Below are positions 63,980 through 64,000 of a stretch of DNA of 64,000 nucleotides, one piece after another. The stretch's first letter is position 1; every line of letters starts with the position of its first letter. The notes under the pieces were generated by a model. The model ran no database searches. It had not been told where the DNA came from and saw only the letters and a list, made by a program, of their open reading frames with translations. The DNA is from Octopus vulgaris (taxonomy: Eukaryota), in assembly GCA_951406725.2 (NCBI GenBank), contig OX597840.1, positions 23,126,001 through 23,190,000 on the forward strand. The letters run 5' to 3'. The position numbers and the translations under genes were made by a program.

Positions 63980-64000
63980 GGATCTTTTCGGTTTGAACGG
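63980..64000 (+). mobile_element. Start of another GGATCTTTTC MITE (runs off window)
   Basis: ggatcttttcggtttgaacgg is identical to the 58459 TIR. Confidence 0.85.

Overview
AT-rich, microsatellite- and SINE-dense eukaryotic DNA, most likely cephalopod (octopus-type). That assignment is inferred from the zinc-finger style and the SINE families, not proven. The window is a tandem cluster of eight minus-strand C2H2 zinc-finger coding exons (G1-G8, with [16 protein letters not shown] repeats). Six have open ORFs of 6-14 fingers and two are frameshifted. Each exon sits in a duplicated unit made of a splice acceptor, a leader, a 3' tail of fossil fingers and an old SINE, and often a candidate CCAAT/donor first-exon module. 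The units are riddled with mobile DNA: a degenerate autonomous-type Helitron plus three other Helitron pieces, a 5'-truncated Ty3/gypsy body between the arms of a 1.3-1.9 kb inverted duplication, a second gypsy integrase relic, mariner and RT fragments, GG-ended MITEs with 8-bp TSDs (Merlin-like), a TA-TSD MITE, three SINE families and Penelope-like palindromes. The most notable observations are: a complete 2-kb ORF1-only (no RT) retroposon with a 16-bp TSD; heads and tails of ZNF genes shuffled independently; and promoter-like modules and coding exons that no longer pair one-to-one.
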